64,000 nt of DNA from positions 1,056,001 to 1,120,000 of the forward strand of contig MU058714.1 of the NCBI GenBank assembly GCA_013265495.1, given 5' to 3'. How positions within the stretch are numbered: the first letter of the stretch is position 1; every line of letters begins with the position of its first letter. Positions 46,601 to 55,377 of this stretch are shown here, piece by piece. The notes under the pieces are model-generated. The model was not told the DNA's origin and ran no database searches. It saw only the letters and a program-made list of their open reading frames with translations. Position numbers and translations under genes: made by a program. Source of the DNA: Vicugna vicugna. Taxonomy: Eukaryota.

Positions 46601-49600
46601 GGCTGTAGGCAGGGTGAGGTTGGCGGAGGGGAGGAATCTCTGCCCCCAGTGGCTGCGCAGCCCCGCCCGGGCAGTCCGATGGAGGTCACTAGGTGGAGTG
46701 TGACCTCATGCTCTCGGGTTGCAGCTCTGTAGGGAGGGACTGCGGCCGTGCGGTGCCAGTCAGGCTCTGTCAGACGCGTCAGGAGGACAGAGACGCGCCC
46801 ATGTCCCGCAGGCGCAGCATATGGACTCACACTTGAAGCTCCTGGAAAATAGGAAAGGCCCAAGAGGCCAGGGGAGGGCATGAGCGCCCCCCCCCTGCCC
46901 CAGCTGTAGGCTCTCCAGGGACGGAGATGGCGGGAAACTCTGCAGGGCCGAGTCCCCCAGGAGCGAAACGATGGGAGAGCTTCACTCCGATTCGGGGCCA
47001 CAGTGTCCCCGTCTCGTGAGTTGTCCTTACATCACAGCCGTCAGTCTCGTCCCTTGTGCTTAACACGTCAAGGAAGAAAGCGTCACCTTCTTCATCATCT
47101 TCTACCAACTCGGGATGAATCAGGTCGTCTCTGCTCTGCTGTGTCTGGAAGTCGAGACACAGGCGTGGTCGGGAAAGGTCCCATGAGGAGGCCTGGGGCT
47201 GCGTCCCACTCGGGCAGGAGGACCACCCCAGCGGCGGTCCACAGATCGGGGGCTGTAGCCCTGCAGGGACCTGGTGCCGCCCCAAGGCTGGGGTCCTGGG
47301 CGGGCGCGTCGTCTGTGATTCACTTACGTGAACACACAGCGGGCATGTCATGAGGGAGGCCGGAGGTGGAGATTCAGGCTCTGCTTTTGGGCTGACCGAT
47401 CGCCATGTGACTGGGTCTCCTGGGCAGGGGGGGGTCACATGCCCCCCTGCACCTGCGGGTCCGGATATGAGGATGGGGCCGAGGGCCTCGCCTGTAGCCT
47501 TGCCCCCAGCAGATGCCATTCTGGCACGTTGGGGTGTGGCCTCCTGCCGCGGTTGGGGCATTGCAGTGGGGAAACTGTTCTAAGGGGTGGAACAAAGGTT
47601 CACCCGTTTGTCTTCGGGAGCTGACATTCTGGGGAACAGACATGACGGCAGGGTGCACACGAGGTGATGCATCTGAGCGGGGAGAAGGCGGAGCAGGGAG
47701 AGCCCCAGCCTCATGGGGTCGAGGAGGTGGCTGTGTGACATCAGGAGAGGGGCGTTCCAGGTGCCAGACCTGCTCCCTGGCAAGAGGACCCACCCAGGCG
47801 GTGTTTGGAGGCCAGAGCAGAGCGGGAGCCAGCTGGGAGGCCATGGGGGCCACGGGAACGAGTGTTGAGGAGCTCAGGTCCAAGTGGGGGCCTGAGGTGA
47901 CACGTACATATGACAGTCCAGGGTTGGAGAAAGGTCGGAGCTTGGAGGGGAATCCAGCATGACGGCTTCACGCTCGACTCCCTTTCTTCTGAGTCTGCAG
48001 CGTGGCACCCGCTCTGGGGCGAGATGGCCTTGCCTGGGGAGTGGGACCTGTCCCCTTCCCAGGGCCCCGCCTCCCGTGCACAGGGCACAAGGAAACATCT
48101 TCAGTGTGGCGTGGTTTACAAAGCCTGGGGGTCGCGGACGTGACAGGCTCTCTCCCCAAGGGCATGTGACCCAGAGGGTACCCGAGTTACCCAGACCCTC
48201 GTCTGTCAAGTCGGATAAACCTCGAAGTGTAACATTCCCGGGAAAAGGCAGGTCGCTGGAAAATACACTTGCACTTGCGATTGGTGACGTTTTTTGAAAC
48301 ATGGAAGGCGTGTGTCTTGGTTCTGGACACGCGCCCCTGCAGGGGAGCGGCGCCCTCGGCCTGCAGGCCGGGACAGGACACACGGATGTGAGGCTTTCAG
48401 TGTGTCTATAATTTCACTTCTTTTCCAAATGCAAAAAAAGAGCAAAACTGCGGAGATACTAGCGACTGTTAGATCAGGGATTTCTGGTGTGCTCTGTATC
48501 TCTGAAATACTTGAAATCAAACCTTAGTCCTGGGAGGTGTCAGCGCTGCCCCCGGAGGGCCAGGCGCCCCTGCTCCCTGTCCGGGCTGGCGTCGGGCGGG
48601 GGTCCCTTGTCTCACTCACAGCCGGCGTCCGCAGTCAGCCCCCTGCCGCCGAGAGGGGCCGCTGCGGGCCGTTCATTCCTGGGGAACGCGGGGCTGGGGC
48701 TCTGACGTGGCCTGAGGACTAGCGTCACCTGGTCACTGACACCCGTTCTGAGTCCCCAGACCTGCCAGCCGCGGCCAGGCATTCTGGAAGGCGGGCATCT
48801 TGGACAGGCGGTCCTAGCGCCATGGTGTCCCCTTGGCAGGCGCTGGGGTGCAGCCAGGACCTGGAGAAGGCCCCGCATCATGTGTAGGGCTGGGACCCAC
48901 CCTCTGGGTCGGCCCCAGCTGGCTGAGTGGTTCCTGGGAACAGCCTCCCTTGGTGACACTGCCCGTCTGTCTCTCCAGGAGCCGGGATGGTGGTGGACTG
49001 GGAGCAGGAGACCGGCCTCCTCATGAGCTCAGGAGACGTGCGGATCGTCCGGATCTGGGACACGGACCGCGAGATGAAGGTGCAGGTAACCACGCCGGCC
49101 TGAGCTGGGCCTCCTGGGGGGCCGGGGGCTAGTGTGCAGACCCCCCGCCCTCCCCAGCTCCGCTCACCCTCCAGTCGAGGACGGAGAATGAGGGTCTCGG
49201 GGGTGCAGTTTGTGACGAGGCCTCAGTGTCTCTGGAGGGCGGGGAGGCAGGGTCTGGGAGAGCAGGTGTGGGCCTCCTCCTGGTCCCCCTGTGCCCATCG
49301 GGCCTGACCCGGGACCTGCATCCCAGCCTCGCTCAGCCTCACTGTCAAGTGTTGTTTTATCTGTGCAGATTAGGGACTGGCAGGAGGCAGCAGGCTGAGT
49401 CTGTTTTAAATTAGCATGATTATCTGATTTAGTGCTTCTTAAAGCATCTTTTATTTTGGGTTTTAATAAAAAGAGAGGAGTGAGTTGGTTTTGCCCTAGA
49501 CGTTCTGGGAGAGTGGCAGGCCCCGGGCAGGGACCGCCGCCCGGAACGAAGAGACCGCAGCTCCTTGTGGGGGGCGCGGGGGCTGCAGCCCTGGAGGAGG

Positions 49601-52345
49601 TGACGCCCCCTCCACCCAGCGCTCGTGGACTGTGATGACAGTCGGCTGCGTCCAGTCCTTCCTGGGACGCAGCTGGACACCCTGACACTGGCGCCATCAC
49701 CTGGGGTCCTGTCCCCACACCCCACCCTGAGAGTGCTCCGGGAGGTGGGGGCCCCGAGCTGGGCGCAGAGGAAGCAGGGCTGAGGCAGGCCGGCTCCGCC
49801 TTTTAAACAGCCTCCGTTGGGTTTCCGTCTGCGCTGGGCCTCGCTGACAGAGAAGCACCTTCCCGTTTGGGGCCCGTCTTTTGTCTCCTGCTGTTTCCCG
49901 CGGGGCCTCCATCACACCCACACCCTTCTCCAGCACTGACAGCTGCCAGGAGGAGAGGGAAGTTGACATTGATGGGCAGCAGGACTCCCCCAGGCCCGTC
50001 CTCGAGCTAACGAGGAACTTTTAAGAGGGAGCCCTCCAGGATTCCTCCCGCCGAGATGTGCTTCGCCTGCCTTCTAGGAAAGCGGGGGGCGGCGGGGAGG
50101 GTAACGGGCGGTGGGGCCTGTGGCCCTGAGAATCCGGCTGCCCTCCTGGCTGTGGCTGCAGGGCTGTCACTCAGTGGCGGTGGGCCTGACTCCCCCGGAC
50201 CCTCGCCCGTCCACTCCTCTGGCCCTGGCGGCTTCCCTGCTGGAGGAGGCGGCGGCTCCGCCCCGGGGTGACGGCTGCACCCACGGTGGCTGTGAAGGCA
50301 GCCTCACGGGGTCTCTTTGTGGCCCTAGGACATCCCCACGGGTGCCGACAGCTGCGTGACGAGCCTGTCCTGCGACTCCCGCCGCTCCCTCATTGTGGCC
50401 GGGCTCGGCGACGGCTCCATCCGCGTCTACGACAGGAGGATGGCGCTCAGTGAATGGTAACTGGGCTGGGCCTGCCCCCTGCCCGGCCTCCCCCGGAGCC
50501 TGGCGGCCCTTTGGAACTGACCCGACTTCCTCCCTCCAGCCGCGTCATGACGTACCGGGAGCACACGGCCTGGGTGGTGAAGGCCTACCTCCAGAAGCAC
50601 CCCGAGGGCCACATCATGAGTGTCAGGTAACGAGCGGGAATATTCATGAGACATTTCGCTGTAAAAACATTGTTTTCTCTTCATTTAAAATATGTTCTTG
50701 GTATTTAAGCAGCTGGGAAATGATGGCCTTTCAGGGTAGCAATTAGCTTCTGCCCCAGGCCTGGCCAGAAAGGTCAGGGCCAGCACAGAGAGGGGACAGC
50801 AGGCCCTCCCGTTGGAGCGCTGCCCATGGGTGCCATGCAGGCGAGCGGGGGGCGGGGAGGAGGCATGTGCCGGGATCACTGAGGATCCACTTCCACTGCC
50901 CAGCAATCCTGTGCTGAGAGCAGTGGATGTTTATTTGCCGTCACAGGGACAGCAAATGTAATTTACTGTCACAAAGTCACCCTCTCTTCAAAGAGATGCT
51001 CTTTCCCTTGTTTGTGATATGGAAACAACACAGCCCTCGGAACCATGCCCCCAGAGGCCAGGGGCAGGGAGGAGGTGGCCTCTGGGGGCGGCGAGCCGGC
51101 CTCCCGTCCTGCCACCTCCTGTCGCCGCATCCCGGGCTGCACAAAATCTAATCTCCGGCCGGAAATGAGCAGATAACTCAGAGCCTCCCCCGCGGCCTTG
51201 CTCACTGCGTCGCAGCTTTGCGGCTCTGCAGCTGGGCTCTTTCTGGCTTTGGGGAGGAGGCTGGGGCTGTCCCTGTCATCTGTTGGGGTCGTTGAGGTGG
51301 GCCCACATGCTGCCCAGGGGCCTCACTGGACGTGCTGAGGGTCCAGGCAGCCTTGGCCTTGAGTGGCATGTGTGGGTGGCCTGGCGTCACCATGACCCCT
51401 CTTGGCAGTGTCAACGGGGACGTGCGCTTCTTTGACCCTCGGATGCCAGAGTCTGTGAACGTCCTACAGATCGTGAAGGGGCTGACGGCCCTCGACATCC
51501 ACCCCCAGGCAAACCTGATCGCCTGGTAGGTGATGACCCTCAGAAGCCCCCATCCTGCCCAAAGTGTCTCCAAGGGCCCCAGAGTCAGCCCTGGGCCCTA
51601 TGACCGCACACACGCCCATTGGGGAGCCCATGTGGGGGAGCCCGGGGTCGGGGAGCCCAGGGTCGGGGAGCCCATGTGGGGCCCCTTTGCCACTCACCCC
51701 GGCTAGCTGAGGGGACGGAGCCGGCGGCCTGAGCCCTCTGGCAGGGGTGCCAGGAGGGGAGCCGCTCCCCCGCGCTGAGCCAGCCCGTCCTCACCCGCAG
51801 CGGCTCCATGAACCAGTTCACCGCCATCTACAGCGGCAGCGGGGAGCTTATCAACCACATCAAGTACTACGACGGCTTCATGGGCCAGCGGGTCGGCGCC
51901 ATCAGCTGCCTGGCCTTCCACCCACACTGGGTCTGTGTCCCGCTGTGGGGGGAGCGGGGGGCGGGGCATGCTGCAGCCAGGCCTCGCGCCCCCGGCACTC
52001 CCTCCGGGAGCAGCACCAGGTCCCTGGCATAGACGGACAGCTGAGAAGGGGCCCTGGAGAAACCGGGGGAGGGGTGGCCCAGACATCAGCAGGTTCCCAG
52101 AACTGTCCCTGGGGGGCCATCCTGAAAAGATGCGGGTGCTCTGGGCGGGTCCCCGTGATGGGGAGATGGCCATCTCTGCCCAAAGTGGTAGCTGGGCTGC
52201 CTGCCCCATGGGCGGCTGGGGGTCAGGAGGCCCGGCCTGCCCCCTCCCCTGCGCTCACCGGCTCTCTCCTCCGCAGCCTCACCTGGCCGTGGGGAGCAAT
52301 GACTACTACATCTCTGTGTACTCGGTGGAGAAGCGTGTCAGATAG
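4532..52345 (+). CDS. RPTOR: Regulatory-associated protein of mTOR (Raptor), 5'-partial spliced CDS, 21 exons (human-equivalent exons 14-34, about aa 504-1335)
   Basis: Exon translations match Raptor from [25 protein letters not shown] to [22 protein letters not shown]. All introns are GT-AG, phases are consistent and the joined length is 2499 nt. Upstream exons lie outside the window. Confidence 0.98.
6240..6600 (+). mobile_element. Degenerate L1 ORF1 fragment
   Basis: ttcaggttgaggaaggacagtgagtcttgagaaggttaaataagaacaaatccacacaaagactcaccgtcatgaag...gaaaaacctcgaaagtaaccagg resembles ORF1 QIE.A.RV..RINK..STPRHIIVK...EKILKAAR. Confidence 0.6.
7302..7367 (+). CDS. RPTOR: RPTOR exon 15 equivalent (66 nt)
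   Basis: ttttccag|GCT...CAG|gtgggt; [22 protein letters not shown]. Confidence 0.96.
7692..7883 (+). CDS. RPTOR: RPTOR exon 16 equivalent (192 nt), HEAT repeats
   Basis: tcccgcag|GAG...GAG|gtgagt; [18 protein letters not shown]...[14 protein letters not shown]. Confidence 0.97.
8216..8356 (+). CDS. RPTOR: RPTOR exon 17 equivalent (141 nt)
   Basis: gcctgcag|GTG...AAG|gtgtgt; [47 protein letters not shown]. Confidence 0.97.
9970..10330 (-). mobile_element. LINE-2 3' end relic
   Basis: ttcgtcagcagatactggttaagtgcctcctgtgtgccgggccctggg resembles the antisense L2 terminus (ttcaacaaatatttattgagcacctactatgtgccaggcactg). Confidence 0.55.
11810..11927 (+). CDS. RPTOR: RPTOR exon 18 equivalent (118 nt)
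   Basis: tccggcag|GAG...GCAG|gtacgg; [39 protein letters not shown]. Confidence 0.96.
12661..12801 (+). CDS. RPTOR: RPTOR exon 19 equivalent (141 nt), includes the S722-equivalent AMPK site
   Basis: cctgccag|AG...GAAT|gtaagg; (E)[46 protein letters not shown]. Confidence 0.96.
13049..13207 (+). CDS. RPTOR: RPTOR exon 20 equivalent (159 nt), includes the S792-equivalent AMPK site
   Basis: cccggcag|CC...ATCG|gtgagt; (S)[52 protein letters not shown]. Confidence 0.96.
14282..14416 (-). mobile_element. tRNA-derived SINE (camelid Vic-1-like)
   Basis: Antisense B-box ggggattgaacccaggacctc, ggggtaattaggcttattt body and T-rich tail; same family as the copy at 29704. Confidence 0.85.
17560..17700. 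promoter_or_regulatory. CpG-dense GC-box cluster in intron 20
   Basis: CCCCGCCC at 17585, 17596 and 17616 within a nearly all-GC, CpG-rich stretch. Confidence 0.4.
19957..20075 (+). CDS. RPTOR: RPTOR exon 21 equivalent (119 nt)
   Basis: tctcctag|GG...AAG|gtacgt; (G)[39 protein letters not shown]. Confidence 0.96.
24265..24368 (+). CDS. RPTOR: RPTOR exon 22 equivalent (104 nt), S855/S859/S863 cluster
   Basis: tccttcag|GCC...GCGGG|gtaagt; [34 protein letters not shown](G). Confidence 0.96.
24870..25053 (+). CDS. RPTOR: RPTOR exon 23 equivalent (184 nt)
   Basis: aacggcag|A GGG TCC...CAG|gtaccg; [61 protein letters not shown]. Confidence 0.95.
25977..26087 (+). CDS. RPTOR: RPTOR exon 24 equivalent (111 nt)
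   Basis: ccgcaaag|ACC...AAG|gtagcc; [37 protein letters not shown]. Confidence 0.94.
27219..27322 (+). mobile_element. tRNA-derived SINE (Vic-1-like, short form)
   Basis: ggggggagg...gtgcttagcatgcatgacatcccaggttcaatccccagcacc followed by an A-rich tail. Confidence 0.8.
28871..29363 (-). mobile_element. Solo LTR, ERV1-type, 493 bp
   Basis: TG...CA termini flanked by the 4-bp direct repeat CTAC (28867-28870 and 29364-29367); minus-strand TATAAAA at about 29047-29053; CCAAT boxes. Confidence 0.85.
29460..30043 (+). mobile_element. Very old L1M ORF2 C-terminal relic, interrupted by a SINE and a younger L1
   Basis: agggtgtggggaagtgggaactctcagatactattggtggg and gatgctcgttacagggttacttgtaatagcagaaagttgagaac are L1 ORF2 C-terminal signatures. 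Confidence 0.6.
29704..29860 (+). mobile_element. tRNA-derived SINE (Vic-1-like) with a perfect 13-bp TSD
   Basis: ggggagggtatagctc...gtcctgggttcagtctccag...A-rich tail; TSD aatgggtaagccc at 29691-29703 and 29861-29873. Confidence 0.92.
30044..31227 (+). mobile_element. 5'-truncated LINE-1 (ORF2 C-terminus, 3' UTR and poly-A)
   Basis: ORF 30337-30912 encodes [39 protein letters not shown]-rich tail; 14-bp TSD gatgg(g/t)tctgtgca at 30030-30043 and 31228-31241. Confidence 0.95.
31480..33730 (+). mobile_element. Ancient L1M (MC/MD-like) ORF2 RT to 3' UTR relic, GC-shifted
   Basis: aaatcaggtgtaaggcaaggatgtctgacctcac (SG.RQGC.LS), [18 protein letters not shown] and PCSWAERLN in ORF 32069-32323; L1M-type 3' UTR at 33450-33720. 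Confidence 0.8.
35847..35952 (+). CDS. RPTOR: RPTOR exon 25 equivalent (106 nt)
   Basis: ttttgaag|ATC...AAGG|gtgagc; [35 protein letters not shown]. Confidence 0.96.
37687..37744. repeat. 27-bp tandem duplication
   Basis: ggggtgacgcc(aga/ggg)gcctgagggtcac twice. Confidence 0.8.
38304..38418 (+). CDS. RPTOR: RPTOR exon 26 equivalent (115 nt), start of the WD40 domain
   Basis: ctcggcag|GT...ATCTG|gtatgt; (G)[37 protein letters not shown](C). Confidence 0.96.
38920..39545 (-). mobile_element. L1MB-like 3' end relic, antisense, strongly GC-shifted
   Basis: tccttctgtgtctggcttgttccactgagcagtgtcctcaaggttcacccgtgtggtagc...ggatggaccacagtttgttt...tttgcgtctccctgat; colinear with the younger L1 at 54260-54760. 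Confidence 0.8.
39574..39698 (+). CDS. RPTOR: RPTOR exon 27 equivalent (125 nt)
   Basis: ccctgaag|C TTT TGG...ACGG|gtgagt; [41 protein letters not shown]. Confidence 0.96.
40756..40860 (+). CDS. RPTOR: RPTOR exon 28 equivalent (105 nt)
   Basis: ttcccaag|AT...CGAG|gtgggt; (D)[34 protein letters not shown]. Confidence 0.96.
41304..41620. repeat. Compound GC-rich minisatellite (interleaved ~24-, ~21- and 10-bp units)
   Basis: Units ggccctg(c/t)(a/g)gctggggttctgcgt, ggccccc(g)tgtggcactgagt and ggccccatgt recur in mixed order. Confidence 0.92.
44658..44697. repeat. 17-bp tandem repeat, about 2.3 copies
   Basis: ggggccagggacctcat ggggccagggacctcat ggggcc. Confidence 0.8.
48979..49085 (+). CDS. 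RPTOR: RPTOR exon 29 equivalent (107 nt)
   Basis: tctccag|GA...CAG|gtaacc; (G)[35 protein letters not shown]. Confidence 0.96.
50329..50456 (+). CDS. RPTOR: RPTOR exon 30 equivalent (128 nt)
   Basis: ggccctag|GAC...GAATG|gtaact; [42 protein letters not shown](C). Confidence 0.96.
50540..50626 (+). CDS. RPTOR: RPTOR exon 31 equivalent (87 nt), follows an 83-nt intron
   Basis: ccctccag|C CGC...GTCAG|gtaacg; [28 protein letters not shown](S). Confidence 0.96.
51409..51525 (+). CDS. RPTOR: RPTOR exon 32 equivalent (117 nt)
   Basis: cttggcag|T GTC...GCCTG|gtaggt; [38 protein letters not shown](C). Confidence 0.96.
51620..51684. repeat. G-rich ~15-bp tandem repeat in intron 32
   Basis: ggggagcccatgtg / ggggagcccggggtc / ggggagcccagggtc / ggggagcccatgtg. 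Confidence 0.75.
51801..51930 (+). CDS. RPTOR: RPTOR exon 33 equivalent (130 nt)
   Basis: acccgcag|C GGC...TGG|gtctgt; [43 protein letters not shown]. Confidence 0.95.
52277..52345 (+). CDS. RPTOR: RPTOR last exon, coding part (69 nt including TAG)
   Basis: ctccgcag|CCT...[28 protein letters not shown]. Confidence 0.97.
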   Translation, partial: PHLAVGSNDYYISVYSVEKRVR

Positions 52346-53905
52346 CGGCCTGCCCCCCGCCCGCCACCGCCACCGTGTACATAGTGGACCCACCGTGCTT
52401 CCCTGAACACTGTCTCGACCCGGCTGCTGGGGGCCCACGGAGGGCCCGCGCTGTCTGTCTGTCTGTCTGTCTGTACTGTCAACGCCCAGGAGCCCGGGGA
52501 AGGGGCTCTGCTGGAGTTCGGTGTGACAGACGCTGCTCTGCTGAGTCTTCTGGGCCCCAGGACACAATCGCTGTGCGGCCTAGTCCCCTTCCTGTCCTGT
52601 TTTCTTCTGAGATTTTTAAGGGGAAGCACACTTGTTTTATTTTCCAAGTGATGCAAGCATGAGTCCATGAAAGCTCCAGACGAAAGCCAGCCTCCCAGGC
52701 TGTGTCCTGGGTCCCTGGAGTGCGCTCCTGGGGACTGACCAGTGGGCTGGTTGGGGCGGGGGTGGGGACTGAGCAGAGGACGGACGGAGGCGGCACAAGT
52801 GGAAGGGTCTGCCCAACTGCCTGCCAGCCACCCACCGGTCCCCGCCTGGGCCCATCCCAGCCGAGCGTCGGAGCCCAGGTCACCATCCCGCCCAGGCAGG
52901 GTCTCCACCCCGGCATGCTCGGTTTGGATGGGAGAGGCAGGTCCCTGGCCTGTTTCTCTCCGAAGTGCTGCTCTTCCCGGGCTCCCGCCCGGGCCCCACA
53001 CACATCACACATGTGTCACATGTGCACACGTGGAGGGACCGCCTGAGCCCCAGAGTATCTGGGGGCGATGGTGCCGCCCTGCCCTCTGTCCTCACACGCC
53101 CCGGCACAGCTCACACAGCGGGGAACACGGGAGTGCCAGACGTGTCCACGACAGGGCACTGGGCAGCCGCCCCTGGAACACAGGACACAACCACAATGAT
53201 GATGGTTTGAAAAGCGTTTTTTCCATTTTCCTTGGGAATCAGGATTATTCAGAGAGAGAGGGGTGAGCTAGCTTAGCTAACTCTGCCCGTGACGCCAATA
53301 ACAGTGGGAAGTGAGTCACAGCCGTGACGAAGCTCAGGGCCCCTCGTGCAGGGCGGGGGTCCTGCCCCAGCGGGGGCGGCTCCGGGCAGGTGGACCCCGC
53401 CTGAGGGCGGTGGGGCCGGGCGTCTGTGTCCGGCCAGACCAGGCGAGGGGAGTGCCTTCCGCGGCCCAGGAGAAGGCTCCAGGACGGCCTGCACTTAGTT
53501 CTGGGCAAGCGAGCAGCGTGGGGCCAGGGGGGCCGCGGAAGGCTGGTGCCCCTGCAAGGCCCATCAGTTGCACCCAGTGCTCCTGGTGGTGGCTGGAACC
53601 TTCCGGAAGCCGAGCTCCACCCACAGACGCAGCGCTGACCGCCCAGGCCAACTCCAGGTTCTGAGCGAGCGCCGTGGGCTATGAGACAAAGCCCCCCTGC
53701 CCCGCGGCTCCCCGCCCGGGGGCCCCCCGAGGCCTGATGCGAAAACTCAATCATGAAGTTACGGAGGCTCGAGAGAGCTCAGCCTAAGGGTTCATGTATC
53801 TCTATTTATTTTACCAAAATGAGAATTGAAAGACTGACGAAACATGGGATTGCAATGTGAAAGTGAGAGACAGCTGTTAATAAAAGGTGAACAAGCGCGG
53901 AGGGC
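52346..53905 (+). other. RPTOR: RPTOR 3' UTR (end approximate)
   Basis: Runs from the stop codon to about 20 nt past the first downstream AATAAA; the cleavage site is inferred. Confidence 0.7.
53879..53884 (+). terminator. Polyadenylation signal AATAAA of RPTOR
   Basis: First canonical AATAAA I see after the stop; upstream TGTA (53795) and an AT-rich tract, and a T-rich tract from 53917. Confidence 0.75.
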
Positions 53906-53916
53906 TGGCCAGCCGC

Positions 53917-55377
53917 TTTTTTATTTTATTTTTCTGTTTTCAGTTTTATCAGGTAGAATTGTTACAATTTGACTGCACACATACAACATATTGCGTGTAA
54001 ATACATATATACAATATACGGCACTTTTTTAATTTACATACACGTACTGATCATTGTTTCTAAGAACAGTTTAGAGCTTTAGCTTTTTAAACTTACACAG
54101 TTATCCAAGGAATAAAGCCAACCACAAAATAAGAACAGAATGCGGTAATCCAGTCAAAAGGACCGCCAGGTGTGCTCACACACAGTCCAGAAATCAGTCA
54201 TCTAAGTTATAAATGATAAATTCATTTGTGTCCCCTTTTTTTAATTCCACATGTAAATATCATAGGTATTTTTCTTTCTCTCTGACTTCTCTTAGAATGA
54301 TGATCTCCAGGTCTACCCATGTCGCTGCAAATGGCATTTTACTGTTTTTTATGGCTGAGTAGTATTCCATTGTATACATGTACAGTATCTCCTTTATCCA
54401 GTCATCTGTTGATGGACATTTAGGCTGTTTCCATGCCTTGGCTATTTTAAGTAGTACTGCTGTGAACACTGGGGTGCAGGTGTCTTCTTAAATTTTATTT
54501 TTCTCTGGGTATGTGCCCAGGAGTAGGATTGCTGGTTCATATGGTTAAGTCTATTTTCAGTTTTTAAGGGAACCTCCATAGTGTCCTCCACAGTGGCTGC
54601 ACCAATTTACATCCCCACCAGCAGGGGAGGAGGGTTCCCTGTTCTCCACAGCCTCTCCAGCATTTACTGTTTGTGGACTTTTTAATGATGGCCATTCTGG
54701 CGGGTGTGAGGCGATACCTCATTGTAGTTTTGACCTGCATTTTACTGACAATTAGTGACATTGAGCATTCTCCCATGTGCCTATTGGCCATTTGTATGTC
54801 TTCATTGGCGAATTGCTTGTTTAGGTCTTCTGCCCATTTTTGGATTGAGTTGCTTGTTTTTGATACTAAGGTGTATGAGCTGTTTGTATGTTTTGGAAAT
54901 TAGTCACTTGTCTGTTACATCATTGGCAAATGTTTTCTCCCACTCTGTAGGTTGTCTTTTTGTCTTGTGGATGGCATCCTTAGCTGTGCAAAAACTTTTA
55001 AGTTTAATTAGATCCCATTTGTTCATTTTGACTTTTATTTCCATTACTCCAGGAGCTGGTTTGAAAAATATATATTGCTGTGATTTATGTCCAAGACTGC
55101 TCTGCGTATGTTTTCCTCTAGGAGTTCTATAGTCTCTGGTCTTGCCTTTAGGTCTTTAATCCATTTTGAGTTTGTTTTTGTACGTGGTGTTAGAGAATGT
55201 TCTAATCTCAGCCTTCTGCAGGCAGCGGTCCAGATTTCCCAGCACCACTTGCTGAAGAGACTGTCTTTTCTCCATTGTGTGTTCCTGCCTCCTTTGTCGT
55301 GGATTAACTGACCATGAGTGTGTGGCTTTATTTCTGGACCTTCTATCCTGTTCCAGTGATCTGTGTCTATTTTTGTG
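53917..55377 (-). mobile_element. 5'-truncated LINE-1, antisense, with an atypical ~300-bp 3' segment
   Basis: Minus-strand ORFs 54564-54791 ([46 protein letters not shown]) and 54260-54469 (MFTAVL..AKAWKQPKCPSTDDWIK..MEYYSAIK); T-rich tail at 53917; TTTT/AA at 55389-55394. Confidence 0.93.

Noticed and set aside
51935..52345. 136-aa ORF running through intron 33 into the last exon
   Set aside because: Starts at a non-ATG codon and is out of frame with exon 33; only the last 22 codons are Raptor
4532..52345. Possibility that this RPTOR copy is a pseudogene, given the number of substitutions
   Set aside because: All 21 exons keep frame-consistent lengths, GT-AG sites and an open frame to the normal stop
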